IMG/VR virus record: IMGVR_UViG_3300044806_000097
Location: 1 to 50,173 of that record
Reading direction: 5' to 3' (one strand)
Length of the DNA stretch: 50,173 bases
Source: a virus
Lineage: Duplodnaviria; Caudoviricetes
In this document: positions 1 to 9,017 of the stretch, in pieces
Layout: the number at the start of each line of letters is the position of its first letter
Numbering within the stretch: position 1 is the stretch's first letter
The notes under the pieces: generated by a model
Seen by the model: only the letters and a program-made list of their open reading frames with translations
Database searches by the model: none
What the model was told of the DNA's origin: nothing
Program-made: the position numbers and the translations under genes

Positions 1-493
1 GATCCTGGACGAGTTCGCGCCAACGCCTTTCCCAAACCTCCCCAAGCCGGTTGAACTCAGCACCAAAGCAATGGAGAAGCTACTCCGTTACCGCAAGCTG
101 ATGGAGAACTTTTTCAACTCCATTCAGGCTGAGTTGCTTCATCGCGCGATCTCCGACGAAGAAGATTTGACGTGGTGGAAACTCGTTATGGGCCGAACTC
201 TTCGCAAGTGGGTTGACGACGAAGCGTTCATCGTCGAGACCCTTGAAGAGGCGGGCCTCCACCCGCAGCATATGTTCAAAACTGTCATGCTATCTCCGGC
301 TGAAATGGAGCGGATGCTCCACACGAAGCTGAAGATGAAACTCGTGGATGCCAAGAAGTTATTGGCTGAAGCGGGACTGGCCGTGCAACCGCCCGGTCAG
401 AAGACCTTGGCTCAGAAGTCCGACAGAAGGCGGGCTTTACCCAAGGATACCGACGTGTTCCGGAATTGGGACACCGAAGAAAGTGAAAGGTGA
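1..493 (+). CDS. DUF2800-family (Cas4/PD-(D/E)xK-like) exonuclease, C-terminal part, probably truncated by the window start
   Basis: WKLVMGRTLRKW and LSPAEMER segments resemble DUF2800 C-termini; canonical position upstream of DUF2815 SSB and PolA. Confidence 0.7.
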   Translation, partial: ILDEFAPTPFPNLPKPVELSTKAMEKLLRYRKLMENFFNSIQAELLHRAISDEEDLTWWKLVMGRTLRKWVDDEAFIVETLEEAGLHPQHMFKTVMLSPAEMERMLHTKLKMKLVDAKKLLAEAGLAVQPPGQKTLAQKSDRRRALPKDTDVFRNWDTEESER

Positions 494-1197
494 ATACGAT
501 GGCACGTGAAATTGCGAAAAAGGTATCAGTGAAGGGTCCGAAGGGGCAGAAGGGCTTTTGCATTCTGTACGCCGATGGAACTATCTTCATCGAGTGGGTG
601 CGGTTCTCCTATCCGCACCTCGACAAGCCTTGGAAGAAGGAAGGCGATGCGGGCACCAAGAAGTATTCTGTGGTGTCTTTGCTCGGCAAGAAGACGCACG
701 CCGCAGCAATCGAACTCATTCAGGAACGGATCGACGAAATCCTGAAGGAGAACAAAGTCAAGAAGCTGAAGTCGGATCGCATCTTCATGCGGGACGGCAA
801 CGACTCCGATCAGGACGAGTACGAAGGCTTCATGACGATCAGCGCACGGGAAGAGCGGCGGCCTCCGCTGCGCGACCGGCGCAACGAAGTCGTCGATCCT
901 GAAGACGCGGGCGAAATCTTCCGTCCCGGCTATTGGGGCGCTGTCCTCATCCGCCCGTGGTGGATGAACAACGATTGGGGCAAGCGCATCAACTCCGGTC
1001 TGTCTTCGGTCCAGTTCCTCATGAAGGACGAAGAGTTCGGTGAAAGCCGACTGTCCGACGAGGACCTGGACGACACCTTCCGGTCACACGATGACGACGA
1101 TGGTGACGACGGCAGCTACGACGATGACGACGACAAGCCACGTCGGAAGCCGAAGCCCAAGCGTTCGCGCGACGATGACGACGATGACGACATCTAG
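490..1197 (+). CDS. DUF2815-family single-stranded DNA-binding protein
   Basis: RFSYPHL, KYSV, N.WGKRINSGL..VQF..D.E.FG motifs and a long acidic C-terminal tail. Confidence 0.8.
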   Translation: MNTMAREIAKKVSVKGPKGQKGFCILYADGTIFIEWVRFSYPHLDKPWKKEGDAGTKKYSVVSLLGKKTHAAAIELIQERIDEILKENKVKKLKSDRIFMRDGNDSDQDEYEGFMTISAREERRPPLRDRRNEVVDPEDAGEIFRPGYWGAVLIRPWWMNNDWGKRINSGLSSVQFLMKDEEFGESRLSDEDLDDTFRSHDDDDGDDGSYDDDDDKPRRKPKPKRSRDDDDDDDI

Positions 1198-1222
1198 TTC
1201 GGAAGTTACTTCCGGCTAGTTA

Positions 1223-1309
1223 GAGGGGGCGGTCATAACAGACCAAGGCTCCGGCTCATTGGATCGCCGTCCAGACGGCAACCGAAAGACCGCCCCCTCA
1301 CTTCTTTTC
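1223..1309 (+). other. Structured intergenic element (12-bp closing stem with an internal hairpin), possible terminator or attenuator
   Basis: GAGGGGGCGGTC (1223-1234) pairs with GACCGCCCCCTC (1288-1299); an internal GCCGT/ACGGC hairpin; followed by CTTCTTTT. Confidence 0.55.
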
Positions 1310-1319
1310 AAGGTGAACG

Positions 1320-1814
1320 ATGGAACAGTGGTGCGACATACCGGGGCACCCCGGATACCAAGCGTCCGATCTCGGAAGAGTTCGGAGCGTGGATCGTGTC
1401 GTCACCGATATTAGTGGAGATCGTTCGCGCCGGTTCAAGGGCCGGGTGCTCAAGCTGAACCCACACCCTTCCGGCCATCTGATGTGCTCTCTAGGCTTTG
1501 TACATCTCGCCGTGATGAAGGCGTTTGGCCCACCCAAGCCTTTCGACGGCGCTGAAGTTAGGCACAGAGACGGAGTCGAGACTAACAACGTGCCCGATAA
1601 TCTAACGTGGGGGTCGCGCCGCCAGAACAGCCAAGACAAGAAGTGGCACAAAGGTCAGGAGAACTATAAACTTACGGTGGAGCAAGTCCGAGAGATCAAG
1701 TACGAACTGGCTCACCCGTATTGGGGCATACAGACCGCGTTGGCGCGCAAGTACCCTGTCACGCAACCTACAATATCGGCCATTGCGTTGGGGAAAATAC
1801 ATGCCGATGTATGA
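1320..1814 (+). CDS. NUMOD4-HNH homing endonuclease
   Basis: WCDIPGHPGYQASDLGRVRS (NUMOD4) and VRHRDG...NN...NLTW...N (HNH). Confidence 0.9.
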   Translation: MEQWCDIPGHPGYQASDLGRVRSVDRVVTDISGDRSRRFKGRVLKLNPHPSGHLMCSLGFVHLAVMKAFGPPKPFDGAEVRHRDGVETNNVPDNLTWGSRRQNSQDKKWHKGQENYKLTVEQVREIKYELAHPYWGIQTALARKYPVTQPTISAIALGKIHADV

Positions 1815-3939
1815 ACCACAACTTGACGAGTTCGTCGTAGGGATTGACTTCGAAACTTTTTCCGAAGTCGATCTCAAGAAGCACGGCCTAGACTTGTATT
1901 CGATCCATCCTTCGTGCGAAGTGTTGATGTGCGCCTATAAGATAGGTTCGCAACAGACGAAGATTTGGGACGCCCACGCGGGCGAGGACATGCCTCGTGA
2001 CCTTCGCCGCGTGCTAAAGGACGAGCGGTACAAGATACGCGCGTTCAACGCACAATTTGAGCGAGTGGTGATGAACCGCGTGCTCGGCCTGTGGCCGTCT
2101 ATGGAGCGTTGGCGCTGTTCGATGGCTTTGGCTTTCATGCACTCGTACACCGGCACACTCGACATGATCGGACGGCAGATGGGTATTGCGGAGGACAAGC
2201 AGAAGCTCGATACCGGCAAGCGCCTCATCAGCATGTTCACCCGGCCTCAAAAGGCATCGGCGAACCAACCGTATAAGCGGTTCACACACGAGACACACCC
2301 AATTGAATATGCGATGTTTCGCGAGTACTGCATTCGCGACGTGGACGCCGAGACTGAGATTTGGAATACACTTGACAAGCCGAAGTACCCGATCCCGGTA
2401 CGCGAGTGGGAGTTCTGGCGGTTGGACCAGATTATTAATGACCGTGGCCTGCCGATTGACCGGATATTTGTCACGAACGCGCTGGAGATGGCGAACGCGC
2501 GCAAGGCCGAACTGCTTGAAGAGATGCGCGAGAAGACCGGACTGGTCAACCCCGGCTCCGGTCCACAACTCCTCCCCTGGCTGCAAGAACGCGGCTACCC
2601 ATTCGACGACCTTCAGAAGGACTCCGTCAAGAAGGTACTCACCGCATGGAAGGGCATTCAGACCGGCGAATTGAAGCCGGAGAAGGATAACCTCTATCCG
2701 GACAAGCTGACCAAGCGGGCGGTAGCCGTCCTGAAGCTCCGCCAGCAGCAGGCGCGCACCAGCACCACGAAGTACGCCGCTTTGCTCAACGCGATGGGTG
2801 AAGACGGGCGGATGCGGTACGTCTTCCAGTTCTGTGGAGCCAGCCGCACCGGGCGCTTTGCCGGTCGGCGGTTCCAGCCGCAAAACCTCACGATGATGCG
2901 AGACATCGAGAGCGAGAAGATTCTGGTGCAGATGACGGACGTGATCCGCCAGAACGACTACGAAGCCTTGCTGCTTTACCGCAAGGAGCCGCTCGACGCA
3001 CTGGCCGGACTGGTGCGATCCTCCGTCCGCGCGCCGAAGGGCAAGAAGCTTGTGGTCTGCGACCTCGCGTCCATTGAGTCCGTGGTCATCGGATGGGTGG
3101 CGCGGTGCGAACGTCTGCTTAACGTCTTCCGTGAGGGCAAGGACGCGTACAAGGACTTCGCGACCGAGCTTTTCAACGTGCTCTACGAACACGTCACCAA
3201 GGACATGCGCAAGAAGTCGAAGCCTGCCACCTTGGGCGCGGGTTATCGTCTCGGCGGTGGTGACATCAAGGATGGCAAGAAGACGGGCCTGTGGGGCTAC
3301 GGCGAGAATATGGGCATCGACATGACGCGGAAGGAAGCGCACAAGTCTGTGGCGGTCTTCCGGAAGGTGTACAAGGAAATCCCGCAGTGCTGGTACGATC
3401 TCGAAGAAGCGATCATGTCGGTGATCAAGCGCGGAGGGAAGCGCCGGGTAGGCCCGGTCACCTTCTACATGACGAGTCCGTACCTGGTCTGCGAACTCCC
3501 ATCCGGCAGGTGCATCTATTACAAGAGTCCGCGTATTCGCCGCGAGAAGATGGAAGGCGTGGACCGCGAGACCGGCGAGAGGTACGAGTACTGGAAAGAC
3601 TCGATCAGCTACTACGGCAAACAGCAGAACGGCTCCAAGTGGCTTCGTATCAACAGCCACGGGGGAAAATTCATTGAGAATATCGTTCAGGCCATCGCAA
3701 GAGACATTCTTCGCGAAGGTATGCTGGCGCTGCACAAGGCAGGCTTCCGGCTCATCGGCCACGTTCACGACGAAGCGATCTCAGAAGAAGCCGCCAACGA
3801 CAACGAGCACAACCACGAACAGATGCGGGTGCTGATGATCCGCAAGAAGAAGTGGATGAGCTACGTTTCAAACGACAATGAATACACCATGCCCCTTAAT
3901 GCGGCGGGCATGGAGACAGTCATATACCGCAAGGATTAA
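1801..3939 (+). CDS. DNA polymerase, family A (phage type) with 3'-5' exonuclease
   Basis: IDFET (ExoI), AFNAQFE, YCIRDV, TGRFAG, DLASIE (motif A), K..TLGAGY (motif B), HVHDE (motif C); start placed at ATG 1801 (or 1807). Confidence 0.95.
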   Translation: MPMYEPQLDEFVVGIDFETFSEVDLKKHGLDLYSIHPSCEVLMCAYKIGSQQTKIWDAHAGEDMPRDLRRVLKDERYKIRAFNAQFERVVMNRVLGLWPSMERWRCSMALAFMHSYTGTLDMIGRQMGIAEDKQKLDTGKRLISMFTRPQKASANQPYKRFTHETHPIEYAMFREYCIRDVDAETEIWNTLDKPKYPIPVREWEFWRLDQIINDRGLPIDRIFVTNALEMANARKAELLEEMREKTGLVNPGSGPQLLPWLQERGYPFDDLQKDSVKKVLTAWKGIQTGELKPEKDNLYPDKLTKRAVAVLKLRQQQARTSTTKYAALLNAMGEDGRMRYVFQFCGASRTGRFAGRRFQPQNLTMMRDIESEKILVQMTDVIRQNDYEALLLYRKEPLDALAGLVRSSVRAPKGKKLVVCDLASIESVVIGWVARCERLLNVFREGKDAYKDFATELFNVLYEHVTKDMRKKSKPATLGAGYRLGGGDIKDGKKTGLWGYGENMGIDMTRKEAHKSVAVFRKVYKEIPQCWYDLEEAIMSVIKRGGKRRVGPVTFYMTSPYLVCELPSGRCIYYKSPRIRREKMEGVDRETGERYEYWKDSISYYGKQQNGSKWLRINSHGGKFIENIVQAIARDILREGMLALHKAGFRLIGHVHDEAISEEAANDNEHNHEQMRVLMIRKKKWMSYVSNDNEYTMPLNAAGMETVIYRKD

Positions 3940-3944
3940 TAGCG

Positions 3945-4877
3945 ATGCGCCTGTACTACGACGCCGACAGTGAGAGCCTATTTTGGGATGAGTTCAACGC
4001 CGATCCGTTCACGACGGACGTGACCGATGAACCGCGCTTCCGCAAGGCCGCCAAAGAGCAAGGCCTGATTGAGCCAGAAGTTATTTCCGAAGTGATCGCG
4101 AACACGCCGAAGGGCAGGACGTTCGCAGACGCGATCACGTCGTCCTACAAGAAGTGGGAGCGCAAGCCCTCAGATTTATATCCGACTCCCGTGGACGGCA
4201 CCGAGAGTTTGATCCCGGTGCTGAAGGCGATGAAGCGCCCGGACGGGTTGCCGGTCAAGCGGATATGGGAACCGGCGTGTGGCGATGGACGCTTGGCCCG
4301 CGTGCTCGAATGGCACGGGTTCGAAGTGGTCTCTACCGACCTCCGCGAGTATCCGGGGTACGGCGAAGGCGGACTGGACTTCCTGTCCGAACACCCCAAG
4401 GCGAAGTGGGGATGGGATATTGGCGAGATCGACGCCATCGTCACCAATCCTCCCTTCAGCCTTGCGGAAGAGTTCATCCGCCGTGCGCTGTCGATGACGC
4501 CGAACGTCGCGATGCTCCTGAAGCAGACGTACTGGAACGTGGGCGGGCGGAGCGCCGGTCTGTGGGTAGATCACATGCCGGACATGGAGTTGAAGCTGAC
4601 GTGGCGACTGGCGTTCCTCGCGAAGGAGAGGGGTAATAGCCCGCTGATGGACTGTATGTGGAACGTCTGGCTCGGCGAGAACGCGGCGTTGCCGGTAGGT
4701 GAGCGGATGTGCGTTACGGAGCCGCTGCCGCGTCGCAAGTATCCGGGGTACAGCGGAATCGGCGCGAAGGCTGCGATGCAGGTCCTTGAAGGCGAACTCG
4801 ACGAACTTACCAAGGCCCTGTCCGATGTGACGTATTATGGGTGTCATCTGGTTCAGACACAGGATATGTCACAATGA
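3945..4877 (+). CDS. Amino (N6-adenine/N4-cytosine) DNA methyltransferase
   Basis: DLYPTP, WEPACGDG SAM-binding motif, IVTNPPF catalytic motif. Confidence 0.85.
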   Translation: MRLYYDADSESLFWDEFNADPFTTDVTDEPRFRKAAKEQGLIEPEVISEVIANTPKGRTFADAITSSYKKWERKPSDLYPTPVDGTESLIPVLKAMKRPDGLPVKRIWEPACGDGRLARVLEWHGFEVVSTDLREYPGYGEGGLDFLSEHPKAKWGWDIGEIDAIVTNPPFSLAEEFIRRALSMTPNVAMLLKQTYWNVGGRSAGLWVDHMPDMELKLTWRLAFLAKERGNSPLMDCMWNVWLGENAALPVGERMCVTEPLPRRKYPGYSGIGAKAAMQVLEGELDELTKALSDVTYYGCHLVQTQDMSQ

Positions 4878-5584
4878 AGTGGGCCGTGCTCTACGAATGC
4901 AGCGGAACGGTCCGCGACGCTTTCATAGCGGCGGGCCACGACGCAATCTCGGTTGACCTTCTTCCTACCAGGCGACCCGGCCCACACTGGCAGGGGGACG
5001 TGTGGGAGTTCTTGCGCGTACACCCCGCCGAGCGTTTCGACGGGATCATTTGTCACCCTGACTGTACCTACGTCACGGTCTCGGGGCTGCACCGCAACAA
5101 GAACAATCCGGAGAGAGAGAGGAAGACGGAAGCAGCCGTTGAGAATTTCCGGAAGTTACTTCAGCTTCCCTGCAAGCGTCTCTACGCGGAGAACCCGGTT
5201 AGCTGCCTGTCCACTCAAATCAGGAAACCAGCACAAACGGTGCAGCCCTACGAGTTTGGGCACGACGCCTCCAAGCGAACTTGCTATTGGCCTGGAGATG
5301 AGACCAACTATGTCCGACTAGAGCCTACCATGAGGAAGGGCGGTCGTTGGGTCTTTGACACCAAGCTCAAGAAGATGATGGAGCGGTGGTCTAACCAGAC
5401 GGACACAGGACAGAACCGTCTCGGGCCGAGTGAGGACCGCTGGTTGGAACGCAGCATTACATACGCGGGTCTGGCAGCGGCAAAGGCGTTTCATTGGGGC
5501 GGAGCGTCCCTCCGTGCGCAGCTTTACTATCTCGACTATCAAGCGGAGTGTTTGGCTTCAGAGATGGCGGCGCTCCGTGGCTAA
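4874..5584 (+). CDS. Compact C5-cytosine DNA methyltransferase-like protein
   Basis: ECSGTVRDAF...SVDL Rossmann start, HPDCT (PC-like), ENPV, QPYEFGH..SKRTC; ATG overlaps the upstream stop. Confidence 0.7.
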   Translation: MKWAVLYECSGTVRDAFIAAGHDAISVDLLPTRRPGPHWQGDVWEFLRVHPAERFDGIICHPDCTYVTVSGLHRNKNNPERERKTEAAVENFRKLLQLPCKRLYAENPVSCLSTQIRKPAQTVQPYEFGHDASKRTCYWPGDETNYVRLEPTMRKGGRWVFDTKLKKMMERWSNQTDTGQNRLGPSEDRWLERSITYAGLAAAKAFHWGGASLRAQLYYLDYQAECLASEMAALRG

Positions 5585-5939
5585 GCGAGGACCCGAGGGA
5601 ATCCTGAAGGACGAGTGCCGCGATAAACACGCGCGCCCCAATGACCTCCTGTTCATCCAGGTTGAAGGGAAGGCGTACAATGGCTTCCCGGACACGCTGG
5701 CGGGCAAGGCGAGCGGCGGGGGCATACTGGTGGAGTTCAAGAAGTTCGGTGAGCGTCCTCGACCTCAGCAGTGGTTGAGGATATGGGAACTACGCGACGC
5801 CGGAATAGAGGCGTGGTGGTGCGACTCGGTTGAGATGTACCGCCGACTGGTGCGGCTCGATCCGGGCGGATATGAAGTCGGGTATAGCGAAGCGGCTAAG
5901 CGGGTAATCCGCAAGAAGTACGGATGGGACGTGGTGTGA
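5577..5939 (+). CDS. VRR-NUC domain nuclease
   Basis: GFPD...VEFK...RPQQ motif; GTG start at 5577; typical position before an SNF2 helicase. Confidence 0.85.
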   Translation: MAKRGPEGILKDECRDKHARPNDLLFIQVEGKAYNGFPDTLAGKASGGGILVEFKKFGERPRPQQWLRIWELRDAGIEAWWCDSVEMYRRLVRLDPGGYEVGYSEAAKRVIRKKYGWDVV

Positions 5940-6385
5940 TGTTCGAGCCTAAGAGACGATGCCCGTACTGCACCGAGCGTCGGTATGTCGGTGACTTCCC
6001 TAAAGGCGCTAAGTGCATTATCTGTATTCGAGCGGCAGACCGTGAGCGAGGACCCGCCAAGCACCGCGCCGCCAAGATGTCCTGTCGATCAACACTAGCT
6101 ATTAACACAGCGCGGCACCGAGCGCGCAAGTCGGGCTTGCCCTGGAACCTGGACGATCACCGCGCAGAGATTAAGGCTCGTTTCGAGAAGGGCGTTTGTG
6201 AGATGACAGGCATACCCTTTGACTTTCAAGCTGTAGGGCAGGCTTGGAACTCTCCAAGCATAGATCAGATCGAACCAGGGGCAGGCTACGTGCTCGCCAA
6301 TGTGCGGGTTATTCTGTTTGGTCTCAACGCGGCGATGGGTACGTGGGGGGTCGAACGTCTGCGTGAGATGGTTAATGCTGTATAA
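5939..6385 (+). CDS. HNH-like endonuclease with N-terminal Zn ribbon
   Basis: CPYC and CIIC pairs; CEMTGIPF...PSIDQIEPGAGY..ANVRVI...N. Confidence 0.7.
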   Translation: MFEPKRRCPYCTERRYVGDFPKGAKCIICIRAADRERGPAKHRAAKMSCRSTLAINTARHRARKSGLPWNLDDHRAEIKARFEKGVCEMTGIPFDFQAVGQAWNSPSIDQIEPGAGYVLANVRVILFGLNAAMGTWGVERLREMVNAV

Positions 6386-7988
6386 CGACAGCCTTGAACG
6401 CCGGTTCGGCCTGCTCTACGACGACGTGATCCGTAGCCGGGATGACTTGCACCCTTTCCAGACGAAGGCGGTCAAGTTCCTCAAGAAGAACCCATATAGC
6501 GCACTCTTCGCTGACGTTGGACTCGGCAAAGCAATTATGTCCCTGACACTCTTGGCCGATCTCCTGCGGGACGGATGGCGGGGCAGAGCCTTGGTAGTCG
6601 CCCCGCTGCGCGTCGCCCGTGCAACCTGGCCGGACGAGATTCGCGAGTGGCGTCAGGCGGCGGGGATCACGCACACGCTCATCCGCGCCGAGGATACCGA
6701 CGACGACATCAAGGATGTGTACAAGGCACACTACGACCGGTTCTACCAAGCCGAGCGCCGGGTAGGGGAGACTCCCCGTGTCGCCGCCCGGAACGCGGCT
6801 CGGAAGGCAGGACCGTTTCGCGTCGCAGCCAAGGAGGCGAAGCGGCGACGCCTGGTTACCGAGGACACGGAACTCCACATCATCAACGCCGAACAACTGG
6901 TCTGGCTGGTCGAGTATTGGGAAGAGCGGGGACGACTGACCGGAGAGACGTGGCCGTATGACGTCGTGCTGATCGACGAGTCGTCGAAGTTCAAGGATGC
7001 AGAGACGCTACGGTGGAAGGCACTTAACCGGGCACGCAGCCGGATCAAACGGATGCACCAGCTTACCGCATCCCCGGCCAGCGAGCACTACGAAGCTCTC
7101 TTCGCACAGATGTTCCTTCTGGACGGGGGCGAGCGACTCGGGCGTTCGATGTACAGCTTCCACCGGAAGTACTTCTTCCAGCTACCCTCACGGAAGTGGC
7201 AGCTACGCAAGGGTGCGGACAAGAGGATCGGCGACATCATCTCGGACATCTGCATGACGGTGAAGCTGGAGGACGTGCGCAAGTGGGTGAAGGTAGAAGA
7301 CGCGATGCACATTGTCCGCCGCGTGGTTCTGCCGACAGACGTGCAGCGCCGGTACAAGGCATTCGAGCGTGACTTCATTCTGGAACTGCCTGACCAGATA
7401 ATCGAGGCCATGAACTCCGCCGCGCTGTTCAACAAACTTCTTCAGCTTTCGTCCGGCTCAGTCTACGACGCCGAGAAGAAGGTCGTCCCGATCCACGAAG
7501 AGAAGATTGAAGACCTGAAGCAATTGGTGGAAGAGCTAGGTGATACACCGGTCATGGTGGCGTACTGGTTCAAGTCCTCTTTGGCGAGCCTGAAGAAGGC
7601 TTTCCCTCACGCCGTTGTCATGGATCGCGCCGCGAAGTGCAAGGACGACTGGAACGCAGGCAAGATCAAGATGCTCCTGGTTCACCCGGCGAGTGCCGGT
7701 CACGGGCTCAACCTCCAGAAGGGGCCGGGGCACGATCTTGTGTTCTATGAGCCGATCTACAGCCGCGAGCTTTTCGAGCAAACGATAGGCCGCTTGGCGA
7801 GGCAAGGTCAGAAGAAGCTGGTTCGTGTGTGGAAGATGATTGCCGTGGACACCTACGACGAACTTGTCTACGACATGCTGGAGGATAAGCGCCGAGGGCA
7901 GGAACGCCTATTTGCCTTTATCCGGGAGGCGAGGTTGCGATTCGCCTCCAACGATAACGAGCGGAGGACCAAACGCCGTGCAGCCTAA
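6375..7988 (+). CDS. SNF2-family DNA helicase
   Basis: DVGLGK (Walker A variant), VLIDESS, LTASP, HPASAGHGLNLQ, QTIGRLARQGQ. Confidence 0.92.
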   Translation: MLYNDSLERRFGLLYDDVIRSRDDLHPFQTKAVKFLKKNPYSALFADVGLGKAIMSLTLLADLLRDGWRGRALVVAPLRVARATWPDEIREWRQAAGITHTLIRAEDTDDDIKDVYKAHYDRFYQAERRVGETPRVAARNAARKAGPFRVAAKEAKRRRLVTEDTELHIINAEQLVWLVEYWEERGRLTGETWPYDVVLIDESSKFKDAETLRWKALNRARSRIKRMHQLTASPASEHYEALFAQMFLLDGGERLGRSMYSFHRKYFFQLPSRKWQLRKGADKRIGDIISDICMTVKLEDVRKWVKVEDAMHIVRRVVLPTDVQRRYKAFERDFILELPDQIIEAMNSAALFNKLLQLSSGSVYDAEKKVVPIHEEKIEDLKQLVEELGDTPVMVAYWFKSSLASLKKAFPHAVVMDRAAKCKDDWNAGKIKMLLVHPASAGHGLNLQKGPGHDLVFYEPIYSRELFEQTIGRLARQGQKKLVRVWKMIAVDTYDELVYDMLEDKRRGQERLFAFIREARLRFASNDNERRTKRRAA

Positions 7989-8313
7989 AATCCCTGCCGA
8001 CTTGGCGAGACAACTAAACGAACTCGGACTGGAAGCCAGTTGCTACCAGCCGGTCGGACTGTTCGTGAAGAACGGGCGGAAGCTCCCGAACGTGGCCGAA
8101 CCGTGCGATCCGTGGCATGTCGTTCTTCGCCGGGAGGACCGCGTCCCGTGGGCGGACGGGTCGTACGTGGTGCAGGCGGTAGGTCCGACTCTCCGTGAGG
8201 CGGTAGAGTGGGCCATCAACCTGTTGCCTAAACCCGGATTGATGGGGGCCGTCGCCGATTTGGGACGGGCCGTGGACGGACTGGCGGAGGCGATCCATGC
8301 CTGTCAAGCTTGA
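7978..8313 (+). CDS. Hypothetical protein, probable paralogue of 8297..8653
   Basis: GTG start overlapping the helicase end; shares GPTLR(E/Q)AV with the next gene. Confidence 0.65.
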   Translation: MQPKIPADLARQLNELGLEASCYQPVGLFVKNGRKLPNVAEPCDPWHVVLRREDRVPWADGSYVVQAVGPTLREAVEWAINLLPKPGLMGAVADLGRAVDGLAEAIHACQA

Positions 8314-8653
8314 CCCGATCATCATCGAAGAACTTGCGTCTATGGACCTCACACTATGGGAGGCCAAACACCCGCGAACGTCTTTCGTCAACGCCGCAGG
8401 GAAGATGTCGAGCCGCGAGGACAAATCGTGGGTTCTGGTATATCTCGCTGGTCCCGGTGTCATCGGAGAACATGGAGGGGGGCCGACGCTCCGGCAGGCG
8501 GTTGACGCCGCGCTGGTGTACTCCGGACTGTGTGAGCGGGTTCCCGGCGTTCGCGGCGCGATGCTCCGACTGGAGAAGGAGGTAGGAGCCACTGTCAGGC
8601 AACTGGTTGAAGGTCGGTGCAGGGAGGCGGACGATGACGACATTCCCTTCTGA
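8297..8653 (+). CDS. Hypothetical protein ending in the SSB-type tail DDDIPF
   Basis: GGAGG RBS before ATG; C-terminus EADDDDIPF. Confidence 0.7.
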   Translation: MPVKLDPIIIEELASMDLTLWEAKHPRTSFVNAAGKMSSREDKSWVLVYLAGPGVIGEHGGGPTLRQAVDAALVYSGLCERVPGVRGAMLRLEKEVGATVRQLVEGRCREADDDDIPF

Positions 8654-8870
8654 CCCGTGGGGGTTTCCATCCGGTGTCACTGTGTACCGCCACCCGAATG
8701 CGGGGCGAGTATCTGTGTTCTTAGGGAGACAGCCTTTATGCTTCGCCGGAACTGACAGTCAGGCGGCAAAGTGGGTGTGGGACCAAGTCGAGAGACGAGA
8801 AGATTTGTGGGCCGAACTGACGAAGTTAGAGCGGGCTATGCGAGGCTGGTGCGATGGCCTCTCATCTTGA
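8607..8870 (+). CDS. Hypothetical protein (start uncertain, possibly ATG near 8634)
   Basis: ORF in operon orientation with GGAGG upstream of an internal ATG; C-terminal amphipathic helix. Confidence 0.55.
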   Translation: MKVGAGRRTMTTFPSDPWGFPSGVTVYRHPNAGRVSVFLGRQPLCFAGTDSQAAKWVWDQVERREDLWAELTKLERAMRGWCDGLSS

Positions 8871-9017
8871 GCGGGAGATCGCTTTGCTGGTGTTTGGTTT
8901 GCGGATGCGCCGGATGTCGAGTAAAGAACGTGCAGTCTACTTCAACGGTCTTGTCGGCAATAGGGTCGCGTATAGCCTCGAAAGCCGTGTCGCAGATTTG
9001 ATAGAGGAACTGAAGTT

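Noticed and set aside
1-493. Cas4-like nuclease as evidence of CRISPR-Cas
   Set aside because: DUF2800 nucleases are routine replication-module genes in this phage type
1320-1814. HNH gene as part of a group I intron or intein in the polymerase
   Set aside because: PolA is uninterrupted and the HNH is free-standing upstream
2014-3768. 584-aa ORF antisense to the DNA polymerase, and similar long antisense ORFs such as 20933..22198 and 38395..39342
   Set aside because: Shadow ORFs expected from GC-rich codon bias opposite well-supported genes; no RBS or recognisable motifs
7165-7176. GGAAGTACTTCT and GGAAGCACTTCG (near 10388) as extra palindrome copies
   Set aside because: One base shorter at the centre, which alters half-site spacing; not counted
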